Below, piece by piece: positions 8,723 to 18,214 of a stretch of DNA of 64,000 bases. Source of the stretch: a virus. Numbering within the stretch: position 1 is the first letter of the stretch; each line of letters opens with the position of its first letter. The position numbers and the translations under genes are program-made. Below the pieces are notes generated by a model. It saw only the letters and a program-made list of their open reading frames with translations, had not been told where the DNA came from and did no database searches. Location of the stretch: IMG/VR virus record IMGVR_UViG_3300028558_000001, positions 112,661 to 176,660 of that record; one strand, written 5' to 3'.

Positions 8723-11233
8723 TTACCAACCTAGATCAAATATGTCGTCTAAAGTAGCTGACTTATTTGGTTCCCATCCTACTGCTTTAAGAATAGTTGT
8801 GATTGGTGTTAGATAGTTCTTCTCAAACTGACGTTGATAATCAATATATTGATCTAACCCTAATTCTTCTGGAAGCTCATCCACTACAGAAATAACTTCA
8901 CTAAATGTAGGATTAGGCATTTTAAGATAAGTAATTCTGATCTTATCTTCACTCTTAACCAAAGGTAGTTTTTTATCAAGTTTTTTCTTGACTAGAAAAT
9001 CATTATAGACTAATGCCCCTTTGACATGATAAGGAGAACCTTTAAGATAGATGTTAGAAGAAGACTGATAACCTTTTAGATTATTAGCTGTGCCGGGAGT
9101 TGAAATATCTTTAAATGATTTGGTAAAGAAGTCTTTCTTTACTTCCTCAATATATTTGACAACAGTATCCTCATCTGTTGTCATAATAAGTTTAATAGAC
9201 TTCTTCAAATAATCTTTACAAATCATAGGTGTAGAAGACCTATTTGTTTCTAGTCCAACAGTTTTTAACTTAGGCTCGTCATAAGTAATTCCTTTGGAAT
9301 TCATTACACTAAGAGCGTAGTGCTTCTTACCTGTCCAGATTGCACGATCAGCAATATTCTCTCGCGCCATCCGAATCTTGTTTTTATAAGAATTCATGTA
9401 GACATGAAGTTCTTCAAAGGCGTCCTTAATGACCTTATCAAGATGGTTATTATAGAACTTCTCAAGGGCTTTGACAATCTCTTTTTTGTCAGTAATGCCA
9501 AGTTTTTTGACTAGAGCCTCAAGTGTAAAGTAGCAAGAATCGGTATCTCCACCGACTAGATAATCTACGTCTACCGTCTTGAGAACTTTGTTTAGATACT
9601 TGTTGATCCTGTCTGCTACCCACCGTACTGCTAACTGACCAGAGAGCGTTACAGCTTCCGCCAGATCGACAGAATACCAACGACAATACTTGTTTGACAA
9701 CATTCCATAGAAAGCGTTAATAGCGATCTTTAGTGCCATCTGCATAGCATCTAGGGAAGCCATCTTGTTCTTTGTCTCTAAGTCAATCTCTTTCCCGTTT
9801 GTTTCTTTCTCTAGTTTCTCTAACTGATCCTGATAGAAAGCTCTCTTATCGAAGAATGATTCCATGATTTCTGCCATAAATCCTTTGTTACCTTTAGAGA
9901 AGCAACAAAGATTTCCAGCAACAGACATATCATTAGCATCAATCTGACCGCGATGAACTTCTAGCGCACCATCAAGTAACTGATCAATAGTTAGTCTACC
10001 AATTTTTCCTAAGAATGATTCAGGAGAAATATTATAACTCATAATCTGATGTGGATAACTTGATTTAATATCAACTGACAAAAGCCAGTGATACATTCCC
10101 GGTTCAGTTTCCTTAACGAAACCTCCTTCAAATGGGCGCATGATTTCGGGCATGTCAAACTTGGGAATGACTTGATTCTTATCACCAAGAATATGATGAA
10201 TACCAACATCCCAAGGCTTCACGGTTCCAAAAGCGTCTTTATAATTACATTTATAAAGATAAGCTAGAGAGAATGCAACATTAAGAAATCCTAGCTTGGC
10301 GTCAAGCATATCGACTAGAACAACGTCATGAATATTATAATCAATAAACAATTCAAAATTCTTTTCATATAGATCATTTAGATTTTTATAACCCAATGTT
10401 CTATAATCAATCTTGTTCTCGTTTAATTCAACTGATACGATATAATCTAGAGAATATGATTCTTGGTTCTTAAATGAGAACTTCTTATATAGAGCCATAT
10501 AATCTAGGACAGCTACACCAGCAATATCCCATACCTGATTTTCATCACCGAACTTGCCAGCTACCTCGTGTGACTCAAGAAGACCCCAAGGAGACATGCG
10601 CTTGGCAGCTTCTTCTGATAATACAAGACTGATACGATTGATTAGAAATGGAATATCGTATGTTTCAATATTCCATCCGGTAACTACATCTGGATCAAGC
10701 ATTTGCCAGATTTCAAGGAATTTATATAGTAATTCCTTTTCATCTTTACAAAGGTAGTAGAAGATATTATCTTCCTTTACTTTGTAATACTTTGTTCCAA
10801 TGATATATGTCTTGCCATCTTTTCTTAATGTGATAGCCGTGATAGGTACTGGAGTGTTACGAACATCAATTGGACCATCAATCCAATTTTCAATATCCAA
10901 TGAAACAACAGAAATAAGGGAACGGTCAAAATGAACCTCTCCCTTAAATTCATCATTAATATAAAGATATTCGAAATTTGTTAAACCAAAGTAATCAAAA
11001 CCAGAAGTATCTTTATTTTCCCATAGATACTTTTTGGCAGAAGAAATAGAATCAAACTCTTTCTTATAGACGTGCTTTCCTTCTACGGTAGTATAACCAG
11101 TAGGCTTATTTGATGGAAGAAAGATATATGGTTCATAATTGAACTTCTCTTGAATTCTTTTACCATTCTGAATACCACGATATAAAATCTTACCCTTATG
11201 TACTCGACAGTTTGTATAAAATGTATTATTCAT
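8723..11233 (-). CDS. gp43: Family B DNA polymerase
   Basis: Exonuclease DIE, GWN...YD, YN..DV; polymerase D..SSYP, K...N..YG, GDTDS. Confidence 0.97.
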   Translation of the reverse strand: MNNTFYTNCRVHKGKILYRGIQNGKRIQEKFNYEPYIFLPSNKPTGYTTVEGKHVYKKEFDSISSAKKYLWENKDTSGFDYFGLTNFEYLYINDEFKGEVHFDRSLISVVSLDIENWIDGPIDVRNTPVPITAITLRKDGKTYIIGTKYYKVKEDNIFYYLCKDEKELLYKFLEIWQMLDPDVVTGWNIETYDIPFLINRISLVLSEEAAKRMSPWGLLESHEVAGKFGDENQVWDIAGVAVLDYMALYKKFSFKNQESYSLDYIVSVELNENKIDYRTLGYKNLNDLYEKNFELFIDYNIHDVVLVDMLDAKLGFLNVAFSLAYLYKCNYKDAFGTVKPWDVGIHHILGDKNQVIPKFDMPEIMRPFEGGFVKETEPGMYHWLLSVDIKSSYPHQIMSYNISPESFLGKIGRLTIDQLLDGALEVHRGQIDANDMSVAGNLCCFSKGNKGFMAEIMESFFDKRAFYQDQLEKLEKETNGKEIDLETKNKMASLDAMQMALKIAINAFYGMLSNKYCRWYSVDLAEAVTLSGQLAVRWVADRINKYLNKVLKTVDVDYLVGGDTDSCYFTLEALVKKLGITDKKEIVKALEKFYNNHLDKVIKDAFEELHVYMNSYKNKIRMARENIADRAIWTGKKHYALSVMNSKGITYDEPKLKTVGLETNRSSTPMICKDYLKKSIKLIMTTDEDTVVKYIEEVKKDFFTKSFKDISTPGTANNLKGYQSSSNIYLKGSPYHVKGALVYNDFLVKKKLDKKLPLVKSEDKIRITYLKMPNPTFSEVISVVDELPEELGLDQYIDYQRQFEKNYLTPITTILKAVGWEPNKSATLDDIFDLGW

Positions 11234-11240
11234 GATTTCC

Positions 11241-11465
11241 TTAGTGTAGTGTTACGGTTTTGTCAATATATTCTTGTGGCATAACGTATAGTGAACTTTC
11301 TACACTATCATAAAGATAGACTGGAGTCAACCCTGCATTTTCATAAATCAGTCCCTTGGCAAACGCTCGCCCGTAACCAGTGTCAAGACCAGCTTTATAC
11401 ATAGCCGTGATGATCGAATACGTTGGAATTACCTGTACATCATCAAGGTTAAATTCTTTTGCCAT
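11241..11465 (-). CDS. Hypothetical protein
   Basis: Short ORF with AAGGA SD. Confidence 0.5.
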   Translation of the reverse strand: MAKEFNLDDVQVIPTYSIITAMYKAGLDTGYGRAFAKGLIYENAGLTPVYLYDSVESSLYVMPQEYIDKTVTLH

Positions 11466-11479
11466 TTTAGTTCCTTTCA

Positions 11480-11486
11480 ATAAATA
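11480..11486 (+). promoter_or_regulatory. Late promoter for spanin pair
   Basis: ATAAATA about 25 nt upstream of the ATG at 11511. Confidence 0.6.
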
Positions 11487-11510
11487 GTATTATATAACCA
11501 AGGAGTATTT

Positions 11511-11879
11511 ATGTTAGCGTTTTTATTAAGTCCACTAGGAAAAATTGCTATGTATGTTGTGGCAGGACTTACAGCAATTACCATTGTTTGGGGAGCCGTG
11601 GCCTACCACGATAGCCAAGTCAAACAAATGGCTACATACGAATATAACCAGAAGCAGCTTGAACAGACTGTTAAAGATCAGGCCGACCAGATCAGTAAGC
11701 TTCGACAAACAGATGTTGACCAGCAAGCAATTGTTGATGCTGTTTCCCAAAAGAACAATGATCTAAATCAAAAAACTGATGCTATTAATAATTACATTTC
11801 AAATCAACCAGCAGATAAGAATGCTGTTTCTCCAATTATTATTGATACTCTAAACAAGTTAAAGGTATTACAACAATGA
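11511..11879 (+). CDS. Inner-membrane spanin (Rz-like)
   Basis: N-terminal TM helix plus coiled coil; overlaps a downstream lipoprotein. Confidence 0.75.
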   Translation: MLAFLLSPLGKIAMYVVAGLTAITIVWGAVAYHDSQVKQMATYEYNQKQLEQTVKDQADQISKLRQTDVDQQAIVDAVSQKNNDLNQKTDAINNYISNQPADKNAVSPIIIDTLNKLKVLQQ

Positions 11880-12151
11880 AGAAACTTTTTATTCTACCAA
11901 TCCTTTTAATGCTAGGTGCATGTGATCCTACTGGTGGTCAAGTAATAAGAGCTAATAGCTATATTGTTATCTCACCGCCAGCAGAATTATATAACTGTCC
12001 TGTTGTGCGCGTTCCTGATACCAAAGGATTGACAAATCAAGATGTTGCTAGATTTATTCTACAACAATATAAGGCAAATGTCACATGCTATAATAGCTTA
12101 ATGGCTATCAAGAAATACGCAGATCAGGTTAAGAAAATCTATACAAATTAA
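11876..12151 (+). CDS. Outer-membrane spanin lipoprotein (Rz1-like)
   Basis: Signal peptide with lipobox LGAC; PP.EL..CP; second Cys. Confidence 0.8.
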   Translation: MKKLFILPILLMLGACDPTGGQVIRANSYIVISPPAELYNCPVVRVPDTKGLTNQDVARFILQQYKANVTCYNSLMAIKKYADQVKKIYTN

Positions 12152-12306
12152 CCAGCCTCACTCAATGGTTCATATCGAATAATATAAAAAGAAGTCCCTA
12201 CATAATAGCCGACTTCCCACATATTCAATTCAATATTATAACGTTTTGTTAATTTCTGTTCCATTAGTCTACCCCTATTAATGGTTTTCCAACTAAAGTA
12301 AAATTC

Positions 12307-12334
12307 TTGTAGAGAGACGAAAGCCTCTCTACAA
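12307..12334. terminator. Hairpin between convergent units
   Basis: TTGTAGAGAG...CTCTCTACAA inverted repeat. Confidence 0.5.
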
Positions 12335-12458
12335 ATCGTTTGGCGTCTATAAACGAATCAAATCTAATTCTCTTTTCGATTAGAAAGTTTCTATTGACAG
12401 CCGACTTAATGTTATATGAAACTGTTACTGACATTATCGGCTCCTTTTCTTTTTAAAA

Positions 12459-12764
12459 CTAATCCACCAAATCATGAAGTTTAGCAGAAGTTAAAATAGA
12501 TGTTAGGCATCTTGGTAGAATGGCTGGCTTGAAACGAGAAATATCGAATCCTTGTGGGTCTCTTTTTCTATTAATTTCATCTACCACAACTATAAAACCA
12601 GAAATAGACCTTTCCCATATCTCAATTGACCTAACAGTATAAAGACTTCCTTTTTTCAATCCATCTAAATCATCATCATATTTAATATGCTTTAATTGAC
12701 ATGATGTAGGATTATCATCAATACAAATGATAAAAGCTCCGGGTTGAGTCATTGCTGAAATCAT
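12459..12764 (-). CDS. Hypothetical protein
   Basis: CIDD...L..G..YTV...RF pattern seen in phage early genes. Confidence 0.55.
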   Translation of the reverse strand: MISAMTQPGAFIICIDDNPTSCQLKHIKYDDDLDGLKKGSLYTVRSIEIWERSISGFIVVVDEINRKRDPQGFDISRFKPAILPRCLTSILTSAKLHDLVD

Positions 12765-13365
12765 TATTAAAGCCCTTTCTCTCCTAGCTCAGTTTTACAA
12801 TACAAGTCTAGAGCAGTTAACACGTCTATATAGGATGAATATGGACCAATCTTATTTCCCCACGTTTCATCCCAAAAGTAGAAATCTTCTCCATCCTGCA
12901 AAACAACTTTATCTAAAAAGTCTTGCTCGTAATGTCGCATCCAAAGCTTATTGGTAATATTTGACACCATACATACTCCTGAGCACGTCAATTGTAATAT
13001 CCTGCTTGTAGTACGAATCTACGAACATTTTGATTTCATCATCTAGGAAATCATAATGGTCATAGTTGGTCAGACCTTCCGTAAAATCTTCAAAGTCCTC
13101 TTCGCTCAGCATTTCCCTCATTATGTCTTTGTAAGTGTCCTGATAGCTTCTTCTGCCATTACGGAAATGGTCTAGATAAATTAATACGCACATTCTAATT
13201 CCAACTCCTTATTTCACCAAAATAACTGCGAATCAATCGCTTAGTTATTTGATATGCCACATTATGGACTAATTCAAGCAACCTGCGCCATCGAAATTAC
13301 ACAATTATCCACAGTGTCTTTTATGTCACTGTAAAATGGTTTAATACCAATTTGTGGAGGATTGC

Positions 13366-13539
13366 TTAAATTACGAGCATGTCAACGACTTGACCAGATG
13401 CATTAACAGCCCGTATCCTGCAACCGGGATGGGACCGGGAAGCCGATTGCATTGCCTGTAGGATTCGCTGAGAATTATTCAGGGTAGACGACGATGTTCG
13501 CCAAACTCCTGACTTATCTTGATATTGAATTTGAATCAT
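13366..13539 (-). CDS. Hypothetical protein
   Basis: MIQIQYQD... with AGGAG SD. Confidence 0.55.
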   Translation of the reverse strand: MIQIQYQDKSGVWRTSSSTLNNSQRILQAMQSASRSHPGCRIRAVNASGQVVDMLVI

Positions 13540-13540
13540 A

Positions 13541-13813
13541 TTAGTCTCCTTTCTCAAATACCCAATATTCAGAACATAGGTCACAAAGATCAAAGAAGGG
13601 AAGACGACGAATCTCTTTACAGTCTGGTAGATCAAACCAAAGGGAATGAAGGCGCTGGTATAGAGAACGATGGTCTTGATAAACTAACTCTTCGTTAGCA
13701 GCATTATCATCAAAATTAATATCAAAGCTTTTTGCATAGCCCTTTAGATGCGGCAAAATCGCCCTAGCGGCGATCCACCAATCTTCTTTGTTCTTTATGT
13801 CCATTTTCCTCAC
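13541..13813 (-). CDS. Hypothetical protein
   Basis: Tightly packed ORF. Confidence 0.5.
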   Translation of the reverse strand: MRKMDIKNKEDWWIAARAILPHLKGYAKSFDINFDDNAANEELVYQDHRSLYQRLHSLWFDLPDCKEIRRLPFFDLCDLCSEYWVFEKGD

Positions 13814-14301
13814 CCTTTGCGGTTAAATCGAATTACTTCGATTTCATTAATTCCCTCTGATTCTTGGGGATATTCATAACTATACCGCATCCGCTTCTGA
13901 ACGTCAAGTGGAATATTTTTTCCGGGGCGGGAATTTAAGTTGATTTCTAAATCTTCGCCAGAGATTTCAAAAACAACTGCCTTAATATAGTGAGTATTCC
14001 GTAACTTGTCAATTGTCTTTTTTCTAGACTTTGGGGAAAGATTCGTCCGATCTACAACAACGTTAACGCGCAAATCTACGGCGTAGTCGATACAGCTATT
14101 GAAATGACCTTCTGCGTCCTTAATGAAATCTTTAAACACGTCAGAATACGTTAGGCCATTCCGAAGGGCGATATAGTCAATATAATCATCAGAGGAAGCC
14201 TGAACATAAAAATCAGGGAGGGAAGCCCTATATGTTGACTTTCCAGAACCCGGCATTCCAATCAATAATAAAGCTACTGGTTTAACAGTTAAATCTGCCA
14301 C
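13810..14301 (-). CDS. P-loop kinase (AAA_33 / polynucleotide-kinase-like)
   Basis: GMPGSGKST, SSDD, VVDRTN. Confidence 0.8.
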   Translation of the reverse strand: MADLTVKPVALLLIGMPGSGKSTYRASLPDFYVQASSDDYIDYIALRNGLTYSDVFKDFIKDAEGHFNSCIDYAVDLRVNVVVDRTNLSPKSRKKTIDKLRNTHYIKAVVFEISGEDLEINLNSRPGKNIPLDVQKRMRYSYEYPQESEGINEIEVIRFNRKG

Positions 14302-14513
14302 TTAAAAATCCTTTCAAAGATATTTGCTTTCTCAAATAGTTTTCTTTCTGATCCACATTTACTGAATTGAAAAATAGGATTAGTCTCAACATCACAATAT
14401 CCTACAATGACATGTGATTGAGAAGTAACAATAGTATTACCACATTTATCAAATCTACCAGAGAATGGAGAAATCACTGATTTAAAACAAAACTTACATT
14501 CACGACACGTCAT
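14289..14513 (-). CDS. Cys-rich hypothetical protein
   Basis: CxxCxxC...C...C...C. Confidence 0.5.
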   Translation of the reverse strand: MTCRECKFCFKSVISPFSGRFDKCGNTIVTSQSHVIVGYCDVETNPIFQFSKCGSERKLFEKANIFERIFKWQI

Positions 14514-15055
14514 TAAACTTCTCCCAATACTTCATCAAGAATATCATCATATGTGAAAAGGCTTTGATAATTAGCCAGATTATAAACTTTAATTCCCCTC
14601 AGAGAGGCAATAGAAATAGCCATACCAGTTCCCCCGGTATCTCTAGTTCTTTGGGAATCATGCTCACAACCATCTTTCGTATAACATATAACAAATCGCG
14701 AGGGGGAAGTCAAGTCAAATCCCAATACTTGATAGACATTCCGAGCCATTAATTTCTTAGCGGCTCCTGATAATCTATCCCATACAGGATGATGTTTAGA
14801 TGCAATCTCCATAGCGCCCATAGACACTACTTGAAACTGTGATTTGTTTCCATTAAAATTCTTCCAAGGTAGAAAAATTTCCTTATTGCTACTTCCTCTT
14901 TCAAAGGCGGTATCCGCACCATCTGCGCCACCAGAACGAAGGGTAAACCCATGATGGTTTAATTCCTTGGCAATTTTAGTCATTTGTCTTAGGATACGAT
15001 CAGGAGTTTCCCTTGACCCAATACCAGTATAAGGAAGATACATATTACTCTCCAA
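14513..15055 (-). CDS. DprA/Smf-like SLOG-domain protein
   Basis: YTGIGSRETP, SGGADGAD, RN, GGT. Confidence 0.8.
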   Translation of the reverse strand: MESNMYLPYTGIGSRETPDRILRQMTKIAKELNHHGFTLRSGGADGADTAFERGSSNKEIFLPWKNFNGNKSQFQVVSMGAMEIASKHHPVWDRLSGAAKKLMARNVYQVLGFDLTSPSRFVICYTKDGCEHDSQRTRDTGGTGMAISIASLRGIKVYNLANYQSLFTYDDILDEVLGEV

Positions 15056-15187
15056 TTAAATTAGTAATAATAACTTTCCAATCATAGCCACTTGCGATTC
15101 CTTCATTAGTTACATATCCATCATAACCAATGCGTTTGGCGATAGTTAGCGCCTTCATAGCTGTTTTAAAATTACCAAATATGTACA

Positions 15188-15448
15188 TTACTTCTTTTCC
15201 TTGTATTTGATAATCATAATCAACCAAATTAGGTTAGTCCCGAACATAACAATTGCGGCGGAAGCCGACCAGTATTGGTGTAGAGTTGGATAATAGAAGC
15301 AATTCCAAAGTCCCCATATTGTAAAGAAGATTGGACTAATCCAATGAACTCCAACAATAAGCTTCTTTGAGAATGCTTCAAGTAATGTAGGAACAAGGAA
15401 TACTGCTCCAAGTAATTCTAGGGCAGCATTGATTTGATCGGAAGTCAT
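15188..15448 (-). CDS. Three-TM membrane protein (PQ-loop/SemiSWEET-like)
   Basis: Three hydrophobic helices, K...GV.W. Confidence 0.5.
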   Translation of the reverse strand: MTSDQINAALELLGAVFLVPTLLEAFSKKLIVGVHWISPIFFTIWGLWNCFYYPTLHQYWSASAAIVMFGTNLIWLIMIIKYKEKK

Positions 15449-15596
15449 TTAAGCTTCTCTATTAGAGTGAGATAATTACCATATGCCATAACGCCCATTA
15501 AAATAGTGAAAAACAGATTTAGTAGTGAATTAGCTAATAGGCAAGCAGCTAGATTAGCTCCAGCTAAAAACATATCAACCATAATCCAAAATAGTT

Positions 15597-16007
15597 CTAT
15601 AGGCATTCCACGGTTCCTTCCTCAGTTGTGTAGTAAATAGTTTTGATATTAAAAGCTGCGAGAGCGCGAGTGCATCCCTCACAAGGTTTGACCATCCCAT
15701 AACCGAATGGAGAATGCTTATTCAGTTTCTTGGCTCTGGCTATATAGATAGTGGATTTAGACAAATCAGAAACACTAATACGCTTAAGAGCCTTCACGAT
15801 AGCATCGTTCTCGGCATGAAGAATGATGGAATCAGGGTGTTTGCAAAACCTTTTCTGAAAGGGATGAGTCTTATTTTTATTACGACCAATCGAAATGATT
15901 TTGTTTTTAAAAACAATTGCAGCCGTGATACGAGCGCCGCAAACAGGCACCATTTCAGATGCCTCATCAAAAAGAAGGTCCATAACGGATTGATTATAGG
16001 AAGCCAT
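15597..16007 (-). CDS. Zinc-dependent cytidine/deoxycytidylate deaminase-family protein
   Basis: HAE and PCxxC motifs. Confidence 0.85.
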   Translation of the reverse strand: MASYNQSVMDLLFDEASEMVPVCGARITAAIVFKNKIISIGRNKNKTHPFQKRFCKHPDSIILHAENDAIVKALKRISVSDLSKSTIYIARAKKLNKHSPFGYGMVKPCEGCTRALAAFNIKTIYYTTEEGTVECL

Positions 16008-16157
16008 TTTGCGCCTCCTATCAATACATTACTTTTTGGGAATCCTTTGTTGGAGGGTCATTATCTTTGATAACGATTTCGGAAAACGGCGACAAGTAGG
16101 ATTTATTGAATACCAATTCATTCCAAGAAAACATTCCAAAAACTCTCCATATATGTG

Positions 16158-16187
16158 AAGGGGTACGCCTTTCGATGTACCCCTTCT
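16158..16187. terminator. GC-rich hairpin
   Basis: GAAGGGGTAC...GTACCCCTTC. Confidence 0.5.
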
Positions 16188-16240
16188 AGGTGATTCTACT
16201 CAGACCGTCAACCAGACAGTCACGGTCTTGTGAACATTAT

Positions 16241-16507
16241 TTAGAGAAAGAAGTGCCAGACTGCTAGAACTAGAACTACTACGACACCAACACCAGCAGC
16301 CAAGACTTCTAAATTAGTGAGCTTAACTCCCTTAGCAGAAGCAGCGGCGATAACCGTATCCTCTACCTTAGTTGCAACTGTAGAAACCGCTTCTCCAACG
16401 GCTGGAGCTTTGGAGACTACATTTGCTGCTACTGTCTTGACAGTATCCTCTACTGAGGTTGTGACTGCGATAACTGTATTTGCTAACTTTGACTTTGACT
16501 TTGCCAT
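16241..16507 (-). CDS. Hypothetical membrane-anchored protein
   Basis: VEDTV repeat, C-terminal TM helix. Confidence 0.55.
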   Translation of the reverse strand: MAKSKSKLANTVIAVTTSVEDTVKTVAANVVSKAPAVGEAVSTVATKVEDTVIAAASAKGVKLTNLEVLAAGVGVVVVLVLAVWHFFL

Positions 16508-16522
16508 TTAATTTTCCTTTAA

Positions 16523-16657
16523 TTATGGACGGCCTTGGCCGCGATATGGTTTGAAACTTCTCTTCTTGCTCTTATTCTTAGGGCGAGAATTAGGTGAATC
16601 TCCATCAGAAGTCTTACGATGACTCTGTGAATTTAACTTCTTTGTCTGTGCTGCCAT
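16523..16657 (-). CDS. Small basic protein ending YRGQGRP
   Basis: Hand translation; YRGQG-type small proteins recur in T4-like phages. Confidence 0.6.
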   Translation of the reverse strand: MAAQTKKLNSQSHRKTSDGDSPNSRPKNKSKKRSFKPYRGQGRP

Positions 16658-16998
16658 TATTTAGTTTCCTTTCGATCTTTATTAGAATACTTGATTGATT
16701 CATATCTTGGACGCATACATTGATTTCTTACATCATCATAAAAATCTTGTAATGGACCCTTTACTTTATATGCAAGTCGTCCACCAAAATAAACATATGC
16801 ATATTCATAATCATTAATTACTACTACATATGACGTAGTAATTGCTTGTCCACCAATGCCGCCAAATCCTAAAGTAGTGTCAGAAAAAGCTTGAGGGAAC
16901 ATAGTTACCGTTACATCATAATATGTCATGTTTCGGTTTTCAGGTTGTTCAAAATAATGTAGTAATGCATTTTCTAAACATACTTTAGGATCAATCAT
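16657..16998 (-). CDS. Hypothetical protein
   Basis: FPQ....T.LGFGGIGGQA.T...VYFGGR.AY motif. Confidence 0.6.
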   Translation of the reverse strand: MIDPKVCLENALLHYFEQPENRNMTYYDVTVTMFPQAFSDTTLGFGGIGGQAITTSYVVVINDYEYAYVYFGGRLAYKVKGPLQDFYDDVRNQCMRPRYESIKYSNKDRKETK

Positions 16999-17007
16999 AA
17001 TCTAACC

Positions 17008-17688
17008 TTACTTAAATGTGACTAGTGGATACTGCTTTAGTTCTTCTCTCTTGTACCAAGGAACAGGATTGATTGCAGATGCAATAATCTTATTACCAAT
17101 ATCTGGTTCAACGAAATGATGAAATTCAAACTTATTATGAAATGTTTCTAAATCTTTAGCTGAAACCAAGGAAGGACGATGGACGACCTGAAAATAGATT
17201 TCGTGTGGATTAAGGTTAGCAGCCATGTTCTTCCCGGCTACCATTGCAGCATGAGTTGCTTGAACCATTGCATATTCTGGTGAAACTGTTTCAGTATCGA
17301 CAAAAATATAGCAATAGTGGCGGTCTAACTTGTTTACATCGTAGTTATAGAGAGCTATAACTAGCTCTCTATATTTTTCAAATTCTTCTGGTGTATCGAA
17401 GAAATCTTGTGCCGGAACACCAAAGATAACATGCTTTTCTCCGTCCTTCCAAGTAACATACTTATTAAGTATATATAAAGCATGTTCAAGAGCCTGATAT
17501 GGCTTTGCACCGCTGTTTAACTTATTTGGATTACGGATTGGCGTAAATGCCTTTGATAAGAAGATTTTAGTTAGTTCAAACTTATCTTCTGTCTTAGCGG
17601 AGAGAGCCTTGACGATGCAGTAATTAACAACATCAATAGCAACCATGTTATTGTTTAGGGTCTTCCAGATTGTCTTATAGTTTTTCAT
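17008..17688 (-). CDS. Two-domain protein with C-terminal peptidyl-tRNA hydrolase 2 (Pth2)-like domain
   Basis: YIFV...VQATHAA...F.EPDIGN...A.A..P resembles phage Pth2-like proteins; N-terminal AFTPI.N.NKL..G..PY domain. Confidence 0.6.
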   Translation of the reverse strand: MKNYKTIWKTLNNNMVAIDVVNYCIVKALSAKTEDKFELTKIFLSKAFTPIRNPNKLNSGAKPYQALEHALYILNKYVTWKDGEKHVIFGVPAQDFFDTPEEFEKYRELVIALYNYDVNKLDRHYCYIFVDTETVSPEYAMVQATHAAMVAGKNMAANLNPHEIYFQVVHRPSLVSAKDLETFHNKFEFHHFVEPDIGNKIIASAINPVPWYKREELKQYPLVTFK

Positions 17689-17742
17689 TTTAATTTTCCT
17701 TTTGATCGTTTTACATTGAGTTTATAAATTTATTCCACTTGA

Positions 17743-17796
17743 TCAGAAGGGAGGGCCGGTACTAAGCTAGAATAAGATAATTTCCTTATAATTCAT
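17743..17796 (-). promoter_or_regulatory. Putative leader peptide MNYKEIILF-(TAG)-LSTGPPF-TGA with anti-SD
   Basis: AAAGGA SD; in-frame TAG at 17767-17769; CCTTCTGATC pairs 9/10 with GATCAAAAGG over the downstream SD. Confidence 0.55.
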
Positions 17797-17801
17797 TTGC
17801 T

Positions 17802-17993
17802 TTATCCTTTCTTTACTTCGAAGGGTTTATAGGTTGTTTCGATAGTTTTTACTAACCTACCTGAACCATTACATGCTTTACATGGTTCAGTATGTGTTTC
17901 ATAGTCATTCTTATGGTAATCAACAAGCTCATCCCATTGAATGACTCCTTCACCAGAACATTTTACACATAGAATTAATTCTACTTTCTTCAT
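17802..17993 (-). CDS. DnaJ-like zinc-finger protein
   Basis: Two CxxCxGxG motifs. Confidence 0.7.
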   Translation of the reverse strand: MKKVELILCVKCSGEGVIQWDELVDYHKNDYETHTEPCKACNGSGRLVKTIETTYKPFEVKKG

Positions 17994-18102
17994 TACATCA
18001 TCACCTATTATTTATAGTAAATGAAGGTTCTTTTACGGGTGAAACCTACAATATCCCTAAAGGTTCTTTCTGTAAGAAGGTGAATCCTATAATATCCTCG
18101 TT

Positions 18103-18211
18103 TAGTTCGGAACTTGACTAAATGCAACCTATGGTTAGGATTTATCGAGTCTCTCAGCACTTTATTGTCATTCACAGGAAGTAACCATTTAATTTTCCTG
18201 TTAGTTCCGAA
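18103..18211 (-). ncRNA. Candidate structured RNA directly 3' of the suppressor tRNA
   Basis: Closing stem TTCGGAACT/AGTTCCGAA, internal ACAGGAA/TTCCTGT hairpin, no track ORF. Confidence 0.45.
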
Positions 18212-18214
18212 TTC

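Noticed and set aside
5071-11233. Inteins or introns in gp41, uvsX or gp43
   Set aside because: Protein lengths are normal and reading frames are uninterrupted.
13305-13313. Perfect DnaA box TTATCCACA
   Set aside because: Single copy; one 9-mer hit in 64 kb of AT-rich DNA is expected by chance.
18103-18214. Canonical theta/HDV ribozyme after the suppressor tRNA
   Set aside because: No P1 partner for GAATTCG and no P3/L3 consensus found.
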